Below, piece after piece: positions 1 to 8,356 of a DNA stretch of 36,916 bases. The position numbers were made by a program, and so were the translations under genes. How positions within the stretch are numbered: the first letter of the stretch is position 1; each line of letters begins with the position of its first letter. The notes under the pieces were generated by a model, which saw only the letters and a list, made by a program, of their open reading frames with translations, was not told the origin of the DNA and searched no databases. Location of the stretch: IMG/VR virus record IMGVR_UViG_2534681999_000017. One strand, 5' to 3'. The DNA comes from a virus (Duplodnaviria; Heunggongvirae; Uroviricota; Caudoviricetes).

Positions 1-1932
1 AAGCGGAGGTAATACACCGTAAGAGCTGGAAAAACCGTGCAGAAGTGGAACTGGCCACACTAACGTGGGTGGACTGGTATAACAATCGACGATTGCTGGG
101 AAGGCTGGGCCATACTCCTCCGGCAGAAGCAGAAAAAGCTTATTATGCTTCCATCGGAAACGATGATCTGGCAGCCTGAGTTCACAGATAAAACACTCTC
201 CAGGAAACCCGGGGCGGTTCAGCAGATTATTCCCTGCATCCCCTGTCAGGGTGACACCCTGCGGCAGAGAGGAAACCGGCCAGTAAAGCCCCATGACATA
301 CTGGTTTGCCACCAGGTCGCCAGGTACTTTAAAACGACAACTGATTAAACCACCATTTTTCAGCAGTTCAGCACCAGTACCGGCATCATGATCCAGATAC
401 CAGGATGATTTACCTGTTTCCTTGGTCAGTTTCATTGCCTTACCACCTGTGCCTCCTGCATCACTGATAATTTCAGCTTTACCGCCAGCCGGCTCCCAGC
501 CCTGGGCTTTCAGATTTCCTTCTGACTCACTGACACGATAAGACAGCAGTGTTGTGGTTACTGCTTCAGTTTCTGAAGGTGACGGCACTGGTGCTTCAGT
601 TTCAGAAGATGGAACATCGGCTTTTACTGTGGTTCGCCCCGCATGAGTCAGAACTGCCGTGGCCAGACGGTCGGAAATAATCCCACGACGTGCCCATGAA
701 CTGAAATGGCTGGCCCGGTCCGCAGATGTCCAGGTGGCGGCACTGTTACGCCACGTTGAGCCGTAATAACCAATGGATTCAATATCCGGGTCTTCTGCCG
801 GATTGTTGGTGGGTACATTCGCGTCATTTTCATCTGTCATTAATGGAACGAAATGAATGTTTTTATCTGTTTTGTTTTTGTAGCCGCCATAGATTGCCTG
901 GTATGCCGGTTCATTTTTCTGTTTCCAGAAATACGTGGTATCGCCACAAATCCACGGAACGCCAGCAGCACTGCCACCGGTACACTGTTCCGCCTGTTCA
1001 GCCAGGTCTGCGCGGAATTTTTCCACCATCGCCAGAAACAGCGCGGAATGCTCCGTCGGCTTCGCATCAATATCAAACTCGCCCTGCATCCACACCACAG
1101 CAAGCAGGCGGTTTTTCGGGTTCTTCGCCAGTGCCGCTTTTGTCCGGCTGATTAAGTCCTTATACAGCGGCTTATCCACACCCCAGCGGGCTGAGTCCTC
1201 TGAAGCACCCGTGCTGTCACTGTACGTGCCGTCAGCACCCGCCGTGAATGCAGAACCACCACGGCAGCAGGGAACCAGCAGAATCCCCGCATCTGCCGGA
1301 ATAAACGGCAGCAGTTTTTTGGCAATGTGAAGCCCCTGACCCACGGTGCCATATTGCCCTTTAGCCACATCCGCTTTCGGGTGATTTTTTCCACTCATAT
1401 CCTGCACATCATGCAGACAGTGGTCGGCCAGAATGATGTCGTTATACTGACAGGCTTTACCTCCCGGCGTGACTGTACTGCGACGGGCTAACTGCATAAT
1501 ACGCGGTTCGGGGCGGTCATATGTCTCCGGCAGTGGCAGACCTTCACCGTAAGCCATACCGTTTGACTGACCAGCAAGAACCACCACGTAATACCAGGAA
1601 GGGGAGCTGGAAGCAGTTTCATTTCCTGACGGACGGGTATGTGTTTCAGCATTATCCCAGTCTGACGGTTCAGCAGTACCGGCAACATCAGCACTTAACG
1701 GAATGACCGCACCAATACCCGCTCCGGTAATTTCCACACTCGGATCACCGGATACTGGCCTTACCCACAGGCAATCCCGTGTATTAAAACTGATGAGACA
1801 GTCAGCAAATGTCATTCCTCCTTTTGTTTCGGCCGGAGGAAAGGGAGCCTCAAGAAATGCCGCTGTACCACCGGAAACTTTAACAGTAAAGTTTCCGGGC
1901 ATTGATGATAGTTGAACCCATTTGGACGTCAT
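1..1932 (-). CDS. nanS: NanS-type sialate O-acetylesterase (SGNH/SASA hydrolase) with N- and C-terminal extensions; 3' end unresolved, frame open to window start
   Basis: ATG at 1932 with AGGAACAGG 9 nt upstream and an in-frame stop at 1963-1965; 644 codons without a stop. Contains VVLAGQSNGMAYGEGLPLP, HDVQDM, QYGTVGQGLHIAKKLLPFIP, LVPCCRGGSAFTAG, WMQGEFD, CGDTTYFWK, SHFSSWARRGIISDRL, co-linear with E. coli NanS/YjhS as recalled. Confidence 0.8.
   Translation of the reverse strand, partial: MTSKWVQLSSMPGNFTVKVSGGTAAFLEAPFPPAETKGGMTFADCLISFNTRDCLWVRPVSGDPSVEITGAGIGAVIPLSADVAGTAEPSDWDNAETHTRPSGNETASSSPSWYYVVVLAGQSNGMAYGEGLPLPETYDRPEPRIMQLARRSTVTPGGKACQYNDIILADHCLHDVQDMSGKNHPKADVAKGQYGTVGQGLHIAKKLLPFIPADAGILLVPCCRGGSAFTAGADGTYSDSTGASEDSARWGVDKPLYKDLISRTKAALAKNPKNRLLAVVWMQGEFDIDAKPTEHSALFLAMVEKFRADLAEQAEQCTGGSAAGVPWICGDTTYFWKQKNEPAYQAIYGGYKNKTDKNIHFVPLMTDENDANVPTNNPAEDPDIESIGYYGSTWRNSAATWTSADRASHFSSWARRGIISDRLATAVLTHAGRTTVKADVPSSETEAPVPSPSETEAVTTTLLSYRVSESEGNLKAQGWEPAGGKAEIISDAGGTGGKAMKLTKETGKSSWYLDHDAGTGAELLKNGGLISCRFKVPGDLVANQYVMGLYWPVSSLPQGVTLTGDAGNNLLNRPGFPGECFICELRLPDHRFRWKHNKLFLLLPEEYGPAFPAIVDCYTSPPTLVWPVPLLHGFSSSYGVLPPL
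3..179 (+). mobile_element. IS3-family (rve/DDE integrase-core) transposase, C-terminal fragment cut by the window edge
   Basis: Frame ending at TGA 177-179 reads AEVIHRKSWKNRAEVELATLTWVDWYNNRRLLGRLGHTPPAEAEKAYYASIGNDDLAA, a typical IS3-family OrfB C-terminus (W-x-DWYNN-RR ... PP-AE-E-YY). Confidence 0.45.
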
Positions 1933-2031
1933 AATAATCAGCCTGTTCCTGAATAAACTGAATTATCATATCCACAGACCGATAAACGCCATTTTGCGTT
2001 AATTCAGTAAAGGCCCAACAAAGAGAGCGTC

Positions 2032-2592
2032 TTATTTTTCCGAAACGCTCGCAGGATAATAACGATAAAGGGTTGAAAGGCCGATATCAAAAATAAGTGC
2101 CACCTGTCTTCGACTGACACCCCCGGCCAGTAAACGCCCGACCTGCTCGTATTGTTCCTGCGTGAGACGACGGGGTCTGCCGCCGGTTCGTCCCCTTTCA
2201 CGGGCAGCTGCAAGACCAGCCCGTGTCCGTTCGACAATTAATTCACGCTCCATTTCTGCCAGCGCACCCATTATGTGAAAAAAGAAGCGCCCCATGGGGG
2301 TTGACGTATCAATGTTGTCAGTAAGACTACGAAAATTTATCCCCTGTTGCTGTAATTCATCTGTCAGCGCAACAAGGTGGCGCATACTGCGCCCCAGCCT
2401 GTCCAGTTTCCAGACCATCAGTGTGTCACCGGGTTTTAGTTTCTTCAGTGCCCGCTTCAGTCCCGGCCGCTGTGTCGTTTTACCACTCATTTTATCTTCA
2501 AAAATCTGCTCACATCCTGCACATTCCAGCGCATTTCTTTGTAAACCTGTGTTCTGGTCATTTGTTGATACGCGTATATAGCCAATCAGCAT
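2032..2592 (-). CDS. gin: Serine DNA invertase, Gin/Pin/Cin/Hin family
   Basis: 186 aa, MLIGYIRVSTNDQNTGLQRNALECAGCEQIFEDK...VWKLDRLGRSM...GINFRSLTDNIDTSTPMGRFFFHIMGALAEMERELIVERT; near-identical motif order to Mu Gin and e14 Pin. Confidence 0.93.
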   Translation of the reverse strand: MLIGYIRVSTNDQNTGLQRNALECAGCEQIFEDKMSGKTTQRPGLKRALKKLKPGDTLMVWKLDRLGRSMRHLVALTDELQQQGINFRSLTDNIDTSTPMGRFFFHIMGALAEMERELIVERTRAGLAAARERGRTGGRPRRLTQEQYEQVGRLLAGGVSRRQVALIFDIGLSTLYRYYPASVSEK

Positions 2593-2647
2593 GTATTTAC
2601 CTTCCTTAAAAAGAGGTGGAAAGGCCTTTTAAAGCAGATATACGGCA

Positions 2648-2673
2648 TCCCTGAAACCTTCGGTTTACGGGAT
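2648..2673. other. gix-like crossover site A (gin-proximal), 26 bp imperfect dyad
   Basis: TCCCTGAAACCT TC GGTTTACGGGAT; the inner half (TCCCGTAAACC on the other strand) is shared with site B and matches the Hin/Gin half-site pattern ending AAACC. Confidence 0.6.
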
Positions 2674-2815
2674 ACTGTAAACAGGGCCGCGAATGCCCTG
2701 CCATCGAACGGAGCGGCTGTTGCAGCGAATAAACTCGCCACTCCAAGAAATATTAATGGTGTCCCATTTGACGGAACGCAGGATATAAATATTACATCGG
2801 GGATGACGCAGTCTG
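2663..2815. repeat. Inverted repeat arm 1 of the invertible segment (about 150 bp), encoding the conserved start of the alternative fibre tip
   Basis: High identity to the reverse complement of 3886-4034, for example CTCGCCACTCCAAGAAATATTAATGGTGTCCCATTTGACGGAACGC versus CTCGCCACCCCAAGAAATATTAATGGTGTTCCTTTTGACGGAACGC. Confidence 0.8.
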
Positions 2816-3018
2816 TGGCTGACTCACGTTATGTTCAAAGCATTCGAAGAGGTTCAAGGTCAACGATTGGAATGCAATATAATATTTTTGAGGTTCCTGA
2901 CGGATGCGTACTTACAGGGCTTGATGTCGCTGGTGATGGTAATGCAACGGTAACCGCATATTATCGACCTGTTCAGTTTCTGATAGATGGTTCGTGGAAA
3001 ACAGCTTCCAGCGCATAA
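2674..3018 (+). CDS. Alternative tail-fibre C-terminal tip (Sv'-like exon), no start of its own, silent in this orientation
   Basis: In-frame reading from site A gives ...GLRDTVNRAANALPSNGAAVAANKLATPRNINGVPFDGTQDINITSGMTQSVADSRYVQ...YYRPVQFLIDGSWKTASSA, homologous to the S C-terminus (…ATPRNINGVPFDGTLDINITSGMTQS…YYRPVQIYINNAWRTVSSV). Confidence 0.7.
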   Translation, partial: TVNRAANALPSNGAAVAANKLATPRNINGVPFDGTQDINITSGMTQSVADSRYVQSIRRGSRSTIGMQYNIFEVPDGCVLTGLDVAGDGNATVTAYYRPVQFLIDGSWKTASSA

Positions 3019-3097
3019 AAGTGCAGTAGTTCAAAAAACAGATTATCTGAATAAATATATGATGATTTTGTCTTTTCAACAAAAACAAGGTGAAATA

Positions 3098-3619
3098 ATG
3101 GAGCTTATTAACGTAAAACGATATTACCCGGAACACAAACCCTATGGTGAGGATGTTCAGTATTTCCAGAGTGAGGACGGAAGGGATTTTTATGAATCTA
3201 TCCCGCTTTTCACAAAGAAATACAAACTCTGTATTTCGCCTGTAACGGGTATTATCTGCTCTGTTGCTGAAGATGTCTCTGCTTTATATCCGGCAGGTTT
3301 TACTGTTGTTGAAGTGGACGAACTGCCGGAAGGTGTGAATATTGACGGTAACTGGCAGTTTTCTGATGGCCTGATATCAAAGGTGACGGTAAACTGGAAG
3401 ACGGTTGCTGAAAAGCGCCGCTCATCGCTGCTCCAGGAAGCCAACGAAACTGTGGATGACTGGAAAACGGAATTAAAACTGGACATGATTAGCGATGAAA
3501 ATAAATTACAGCTGACGCGCTGGATGGCGTATATCCGACAGCTTAAAGAAATGCACTTTAATGATATTGCCAGTGAGGGGCATTACCAGGCGATTCCCTG
3601 GCCGGAAAAACCGGAATAA
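3098..3619 (+). CDS. Tail-fibre assembly chaperone (Mu U / Tfa family)
   Basis: ATG at 3098 with AAGGTGA upstream; MELINVKRYYPEHKPYGEDVQYFQSEDGRDFYES...LTRWMAYIRQLKEMHFNDIA...PWPEKPE; the ORF-track start at 2987 is an upstream over-extension. Confidence 0.8.
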   Translation: MELINVKRYYPEHKPYGEDVQYFQSEDGRDFYESIPLFTKKYKLCISPVTGIICSVAEDVSALYPAGFTVVEVDELPEGVNIDGNWQFSDGLISKVTVNWKTVAEKRRSSLLQEANETVDDWKTELKLDMISDENKLQLTRWMAYIRQLKEMHFNDIASEGHYQAIPWPEKPE

Positions 3620-3653
3620 TTCAGAGGGTGCATTCAGCACCCTTTTCTGTGGT

Positions 3654-4565
3654 TTACACTGAACTTACCGTTCTCCAGGCATTATTAATATAAATCTGAA
3701 CCGGGCGATAATAGACCCCACCGATATTGTCCGCAGACCGGGAGCCGGTTTCCTGCACGTTAATTCCGGAAAGCATACAACCGGAAGGTGCGCTGTAATT
3801 CCATGACATTTCATTGCCTCCGGGTGAATGATAGCTCTGTGCTCCAAGCTGAACATTCTGTACATACCGGCCATCTGCGGTTGACTGCGTCATTCCTGAC
3901 GTGATGTTGATATCCAGCGTTCCGTCAAAAGGAACACCATTAATATTTCTTGGGGTGGCGAGTCTGTTTGCTGCCACGGCGGTTCCACCCGATGGCAGGG
4001 CATCAGCAGCCTTATTTACCGTTTCCCGTAAACCAACGTTATCGATAAAAGCGCCTTTATCCGGAATGTCTGCGCCGTTCTGCTCCCTGCGCAGGTAACG
4101 GTTATCACCTTCGCTTTTGCTGTAAACATCCAGATTATTACGGGCGGTTCCCGCATTCTCCAGGTCGGCAAGGTTCTGATCCTTCGCCAGAGCATTAACG
4201 TCACCGGGACCAAGACTGTTTTTTGTGGCAAGCGCCCCAAGACCAAGATAACCACGGGCAAGACGCTGGGCTTCCGCACCGGCATCAGCAATTTCTTTCA
4301 GGTTGTTTTTCCGGGAAAAGGCATTCGCAGCGATAATGGCTTTAATGGACAGCGTAAGCTGGTTTAACTGCGCCTTATCCGGCTGAATACTGGCTTCAGC
4401 CAGAATATTCAGCAGTTCGGCCTGGAGAATATTCAGCCAGTCCTGACCAATCCAGCTGATACCTTTTTGTCCGTCACCTTCGGTAAACCAGGTGGTGGTA
4501 TTACTCTGCGCCGGTGCCAGCGCAGGCATATTCGCCACGCCGGAATTATTATCAACATGGAACAT
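3654..4565 (-). CDS. Tail fibre protein (Mu S-like), constant part fused to the currently expressed tip
   Basis: True start MFHVDNNSGVANMPALAPAQ at 4565 (ATG overlaps the upstream stop as TAATG); C-terminus ...GVYYRPVQIYINNAWRTVSSV is a P2 H / Mu S-type fibre tip. Confidence 0.85.
   Translation of the reverse strand: MFHVDNNSGVANMPALAPAQSNTTTWFTEGDGQKGISWIGQDWLNILQAELLNILAEASIQPDKAQLNQLTLSIKAIIAANAFSRKNNLKEIADAGAEAQRLARGYLGLGALATKNSLGPGDVNALAKDQNLADLENAGTARNNLDVYSKSEGDNRYLRREQNGADIPDKGAFIDNVGLRETVNKAADALPSGGTAVAANRLATPRNINGVPFDGTLDINITSGMTQSTADGRYVQNVQLGAQSYHSPGGNEMSWNYSAPSGCMLSGINVQETGSRSADNIGGVYYRPVQIYINNAWRTVSSV
3886..4034. repeat. Inverted repeat arm 2 of the invertible segment
   Basis: Reverse complement of this stretch aligns with 2663-2815; homology starts exactly at the shared gix half-site. 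Confidence 0.8.
4023..4048. other. gix-like crossover site B, inside the S tail-fibre coding sequence
   Basis: TTCCCGTAAACC AA CGTTATCGATAA, compared with the Mu gixL sequence as recalled (TTCCTGTAAACC GA GGTTTTGGATAA); inverted relative to site A. Confidence 0.6.
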
Positions 4566-5125
4566 TAAATATTCTCCTCTTCGTGACTGTTTGCATATAC
4601 GTAAATAAACGTCTGCCATGCAGGCTTATAACGGTTCAGAATACATTCCAGCGCACCGCCTTCATAAATACGCAGCGGCGTGAGAATATCATCCAGCACA
4701 TTCATATTCCGGTAGCCGGTTTCACTGTTAATCGTGACAATACTGACCCACTGTGAATCCGGTGATGGCTGAATATCTATTTCATAACCAAACTCTGCCG
4801 CAAACCGGATATAAAATTCACGGTTAAGAGAGGGTTTCATCCGGTATTTATTCCCGGCATAACGCTGACGCTCCTGAATGGTTGCGCCGGTCATATCACA
4901 TTCCGGTAACCCCAGATAACGCTCCCAGTCTTCCAGCAGCAGACGGGATGAATCAGGAAAACGTTCTGCCAGCATCTGGTTACCGGTCCAGGAAACACGC
5001 TCCGTGGAATGACTGAGGCCCAGGCACAAAGCCGCAAGAACGGATGACGGCCGCTTATCCCATGCCAGCCCGTCAGGCAGCAACTGCAACAGGGCGCGCT
5101 GATGCGGGGTCAGGGTTACAGCCAT
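4565..5125 (-). CDS. Baseplate/tail protein, Mu gp48-like (P2 gpI-like)
   Basis: 186 aa ORF in the syntenic position immediately upstream of S; translationally coupled. Confidence 0.7.
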   Translation of the reverse strand: MAVTLTPHQRALLQLLPDGLAWDKRPSSVLAALCLGLSHSTERVSWTGNQMLAERFPDSSRLLLEDWERYLGLPECDMTGATIQERQRYAGNKYRMKPSLNREFYIRFAAEFGYEIDIQPSPDSQWVSIVTINSETGYRNMNVLDDILTPLRIYEGGALECILNRYKPAWQTFIYVYANSHEEENI

Positions 5126-6201
5126 GTGATTTCCCCCACGGTCAGCAACTCTGTATCTCCGGCCATCACGGACTTCAGCGGGCTGCGAACTTCAAAATCC
5201 TCCAGTCCTTTCACCCCTGCAACAGCCCGCCAGAATGATGAAGGCAATACAAGTCCACCCGGCCGCGATTCGTTATAAAGCAGGTCTGTTAATGCCTGTT
5301 TTACGGCAGCCTGATTTTCCGGCGTTTTGGGTACAATCCTGATCTCAAACGCCACCGGCTTATTGGTCAGCTTAAACACGCTGATTGTCGGCCCAAGTGG
5401 CTGACCAACGGGCTGGCCCGTCGCCGGATCATCATGACTGCGGATATAATCCGCCACCCGCTTCACATCACCTTCTCCGGGGAAAATGTCAGGGTTATTA
5501 TCCTGAACAAAAGTCACACCAACACTACCCGCCTCAGGCCATTCAGGCTTACACCATGCCCGCGTCACGCCCGGTACTTCCCGTGCCCAGCGTTCAAAAT
5601 CATACTGTGTTCCCCCTGATGGCGGGTTCTGTACCCGGAATACCAGCCTGGACAGCAACTCCGGCACCGTTTCCACATCCGCACCACCGGTGAGTCCCGT
5701 GCCGGTGACCGTGGCTGTCTGGTTGATGCCCGCCTGTGGCGTGATAAAGGACAGGCGGGTTCCGGTCGGGGTATTTCCAGCGCGCCCCGCACTTTCCGCC
5801 TCCACATTAACATTCAGTGTTCCGGCTTTTCCGGTCGCAGAGCCGGTGATGCGGTACACAACCCCATCGCTTCGCTGAAGGAGTACGCCTTCCGTGATCC
5901 CTGCATCCGTGGTCAGCATCAGTTGTACCGGTCCGTCAGCGCGGGAAGCCGGTTTACGGATGACACCCCAGAATGCGCAGTGTTTCAGGAGTTCGGCTTC
6001 ATCAGCTTCTGTCGGAATTATCTGCCGGGAGATCCAGGCCAGATGTTCATGCTCCTGTGCTGACAGACCCGCCAGTGCATACGCAATGGCATTCAGGGTG
6101 GTTTCATTCACGCCCGGCTGCGAACCGGGCAGGCGCTGGCTGATATCCTGTTGTGTCTGTGTGATCAGTTGCGCCAGTGGTAAGGGCTGATAAGGCATCA
6201 T
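5116..6201 (-). CDS. Baseplate J-like protein (Mu gp47-like)
   Basis: 361 aa, position and size match the baseplate wedge J family; overlaps neighbours by a few nt. Confidence 0.75.
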   Translation of the reverse strand: MMPYQPLPLAQLITQTQQDISQRLPGSQPGVNETTLNAIAYALAGLSAQEHEHLAWISRQIIPTEADEAELLKHCAFWGVIRKPASRADGPVQLMLTTDAGITEGVLLQRSDGVVYRITGSATGKAGTLNVNVEAESAGRAGNTPTGTRLSFITPQAGINQTATVTGTGLTGGADVETVPELLSRLVFRVQNPPSGGTQYDFERWAREVPGVTRAWCKPEWPEAGSVGVTFVQDNNPDIFPGEGDVKRVADYIRSHDDPATGQPVGQPLGPTISVFKLTNKPVAFEIRIVPKTPENQAAVKQALTDLLYNESRPGGLVLPSSFWRAVAGVKGLEDFEVRSPLKSVMAGDTELLTVGEITWL

Positions 6202-6635
6202 TCCCCCTTCATATCAGCATAAAAAATCATCGGATGTCTGCTTCCGTCCGGCAGGGTGATTTTCACGGAAAGCGAAAGGCGAGCATGCCCCACACGCATG
6301 GCATGACATACCACGGATGTGGCAGCACCGCTTTTATGCAGCCACGCCAGCGCTTCATCAGCATAGGCCTGTGCACGGCTGACCACGGAGGACAGCGTCT
6401 TTTCACGGCTTAACAGCCAGAGACGGGAGCCAACGGGGCGCTCCCGGAAACTGTCTCCCCACCATCCCCGACGGTCACGGGTGCCGTCAGGGATTTCATC
6501 GGAATCCAGCGCCCGCCTGTCCGTAAACAGTGAAATAATGACCGCAGTCAGCAGGCTGTTATCCGTCAGAAGATCTGCGCCGTTCAGTTGCAGGGAACCG
6601 CAACCCTGATCCCAGACGACAGCAATATCAGCCAT
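6198..6635 (-). CDS. Baseplate protein, Mu gp46 / P2 gpW-like
   Basis: Start MADIAVVWDQ at 6635 with GGGAGGA upstream, overlapping the stop of the upstream gene; the ORF-track start at 6848 is an over-extension. Confidence 0.7.
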   Translation of the reverse strand: MADIAVVWDQGCGSLQLNGADLLTDNSLLTAVIISLFTDRRALDSDEIPDGTRDRRGWWGDSFRERPVGSRLWLLSREKTLSSVVSRAQAYADEALAWLHKSGAATSVVCHAMRVGHARLSLSVKITLPDGSRHPMIFYADMKGE

Positions 6636-7242
6636 TCTCTGGTCCTCCCGTTTTGCTGCCTTCACCGTTATCGTGATGCACATGACCTGAATAGGTGATC
6701 CCGGCAATAACCGCTTCGGACATCGTGAACGTCCCCTGTGATCTTCCGGTGCCGTCAATGGACACATTGCCTTTGACATGCAGGTTCTTATCCACTGTGA
6801 CATTACCGGTAAAGTGAGCCTCCGGTGTATCCACCTGAACACCTTCATCGGCGTAAATCTCCAGCGTCTTACAGGTCACAATGATCCGGCCGTTCTTTGT
6901 CAGACGTATACGGTGCCCCTCATGGTGATACACGCCGGTATCTCCGGCGGTAAGTCCGGTCGGGCGACTGCGGCGGTCTTCCACCACAAGCACCACGGCC
7001 TGATCCCGTTGTCCGCCAGCACAGGCCAGAAAAACTTCCGCACCAGGCAGGGGGACGCTGATTTGCCCGTACTGCTGGGGGCGTTCAACGTCATCAAAGG
7101 TTTCACCATCCATACCGGTGATTTGCACATTCTGGATTTTCAGCGTGTCCGTTGTGCCGGTCAGTACACCACGCCCGAACAGCAGACGAACACCCCGCAT
7201 CACGGGGGCCAGAAGGCGGCTGATGACTTCGTCATTCATCAT
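6628..7242 (-). CDS. Baseplate spike/assembly protein, Mu gp45 / P2 gpV-like
   Basis: 204 aa; syntenic between hub and gp46. Confidence 0.7.
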   Translation of the reverse strand: MMNDEVISRLLAPVMRGVRLLFGRGVLTGTTDTLKIQNVQITGMDGETFDDVERPQQYGQISVPLPGAEVFLACAGGQRDQAVVLVVEDRRSRPTGLTAGDTGVYHHEGHRIRLTKNGRIIVTCKTLEIYADEGVQVDTPEAHFTGNVTVDKNLHVKGNVSIDGTGRSQGTFTMSEAVIAGITYSGHVHHDNGEGSKTGGPENG

Positions 7243-8356
7243 TGAATTTAATCCCCTGTTTTTTCATCTGTGCCCGCACGAAGGCGTCCACGTCACCCGC
7301 ATTTCCGCTTCCGCTGTTTCCCGGCTCTGCCGGAACAATAAAGCCGTCACGGGGTGCCAGAATCAGACGGGTGGTTTCGCCGTGATTTGCATCCAGCGAA
7401 AACTCCACCTGACAGACAAGAAGATCACGCTCTTCCACTCCGGTGCGGGGAGCCGTGACAGCCGTCAGCAGGTTGATATCCCACAACTGGCCGTTCTCCC
7501 GAAACCAGTGCCGCACGGTGGCTGTCAGGCGCACAGAGCGGGCAACCGCCCGGCGCATTTCCCGGACAGCCCTCTGGCGTGCACCGTCTGCATCAACAGC
7601 ATGATCCGCCAGCACAATTTTCGGTCTGTAACGGTGGATGGCACTGTCTGTCACCGTACCAACGGGTGCGGCCAGCGTTCCGGCTGTCAGTGCATCCCCG
7701 GCATGACCACCACCACGCCCGTGCCCCCGTACACGGTATTCACTGTGGCGCAGACGGTGATCCACGTTGTGATCCAAATCCAGCAGATTTTCGCCCAGCG
7801 TCAGCGTGTCGCCACGCTGACTGCCGGCCTGAGTGAAAACCAGTTCACCGGCGGCATTACTGGTTACCAGGACGCCTCTGTGTCTCGCGGCCCGTGTCAG
7901 CGCATCTGCCACGGTTTCTGAGTTTTCCAGTGTGAAGGTGGAAAAGGGCCGGGCTGCCGTTGCATCATTTACCTGCCAGCGCACCGTGACCCCGAACGGA
8001 GCACACAAATCTGAAGCAATGTGCTCCAGCGTGCGGTTCCTCCACTGGCTGCCCGGATGAATGGCTGAACAGTCCACCAGGTCACCGGTTTTATCCCGTC
8101 CGCTGAGCGTGATCTGAAAACGCGTGGCGCTGATGCGCTGCCGGACCTGATCCAGCCAGCCAGTGATCACAGGCTGACCGTCAATGCGCAATTCCAGAGA
8201 CTGACCGGCACGGACGGATGACGGAAGGCGTACACCGGGCATCATTACCCCCAGTTCAAAGGAGCCCGCCAGATGTTCAAGAGAGCGACGAACACTCACC
8301 GTCAGCCAGCCGGAAAAAATCTCACCGCCCAGATACAGTTCAACCCTGCTGCTCAC
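7232..8356 (-). CDS. Baseplate hub protein, Mu gp44 (P) / P2 gpD-like
   Basis: 374 aa; size and position downstream of the N-like gene. Confidence 0.65.
   Translation of the reverse strand: MSSRVELYLGGEIFSGWLTVSVRRSLEHLAGSFELGVMMPGVRLPSSVRAGQSLELRIDGQPVITGWLDQVRQRISATRFQITLSGRDKTGDLVDCSAIHPGSQWRNRTLEHIASDLCAPFGVTVRWQVNDATAARPFSTFTLENSETVADALTRAARHRGVLVTSNAAGELVFTQAGSQRGDTLTLGENLLDLDHNVDHRLRHSEYRVRGHGRGGGHAGDALTAGTLAAPVGTVTDSAIHRYRPKIVLADHAVDADGARQRAVREMRRAVARSVRLTATVRHWFRENGQLWDINLLTAVTAPRTGVEERDLLVCQVEFSLDANHGETTRLILAPRDGFIVPAEPGNSGSGNAGDVDAFVRAQMKKQGIKFNDE

Noticed and set aside
648-1694. Four minus-strand ORFs in the track (648-833, 840-1103, 1152-1394, 1488-1694)
   Set aside because: All are in one frame that gives low-complexity Arg/Cys/Trp-rich translations; a different frame is open across the whole region and encodes the NanS-type esterase.
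145-1915. Plus-strand ORFs 145-348, 726-1151, 853-1155, 935-1330, 1521-1706, 1703-1915
   Set aside because: They are antisense to the esterase frame, lack coding character, and most start with non-ATG codons.
1933-2031. com/mom DNA-modification genes expected after gin
   Set aside because: There is no ORF here: a 99 bp intergenic gap is followed directly by the esterase gene.
3654-4619. Track start of the tail-fibre ORF at 4619 (MADVYLRICK…)
   Set aside because: That start lies inside the upstream gene; the ATG at 4565 (MFHVDNN…) overlaps the upstream stop and is the likely initiation codon.
7118-7921. 267 aa plus-strand ORF
   Set aside because: Antisense to the baseplate hub and gp45-like genes; no ribosome-binding site and a Cys/His/Arg-rich translation.
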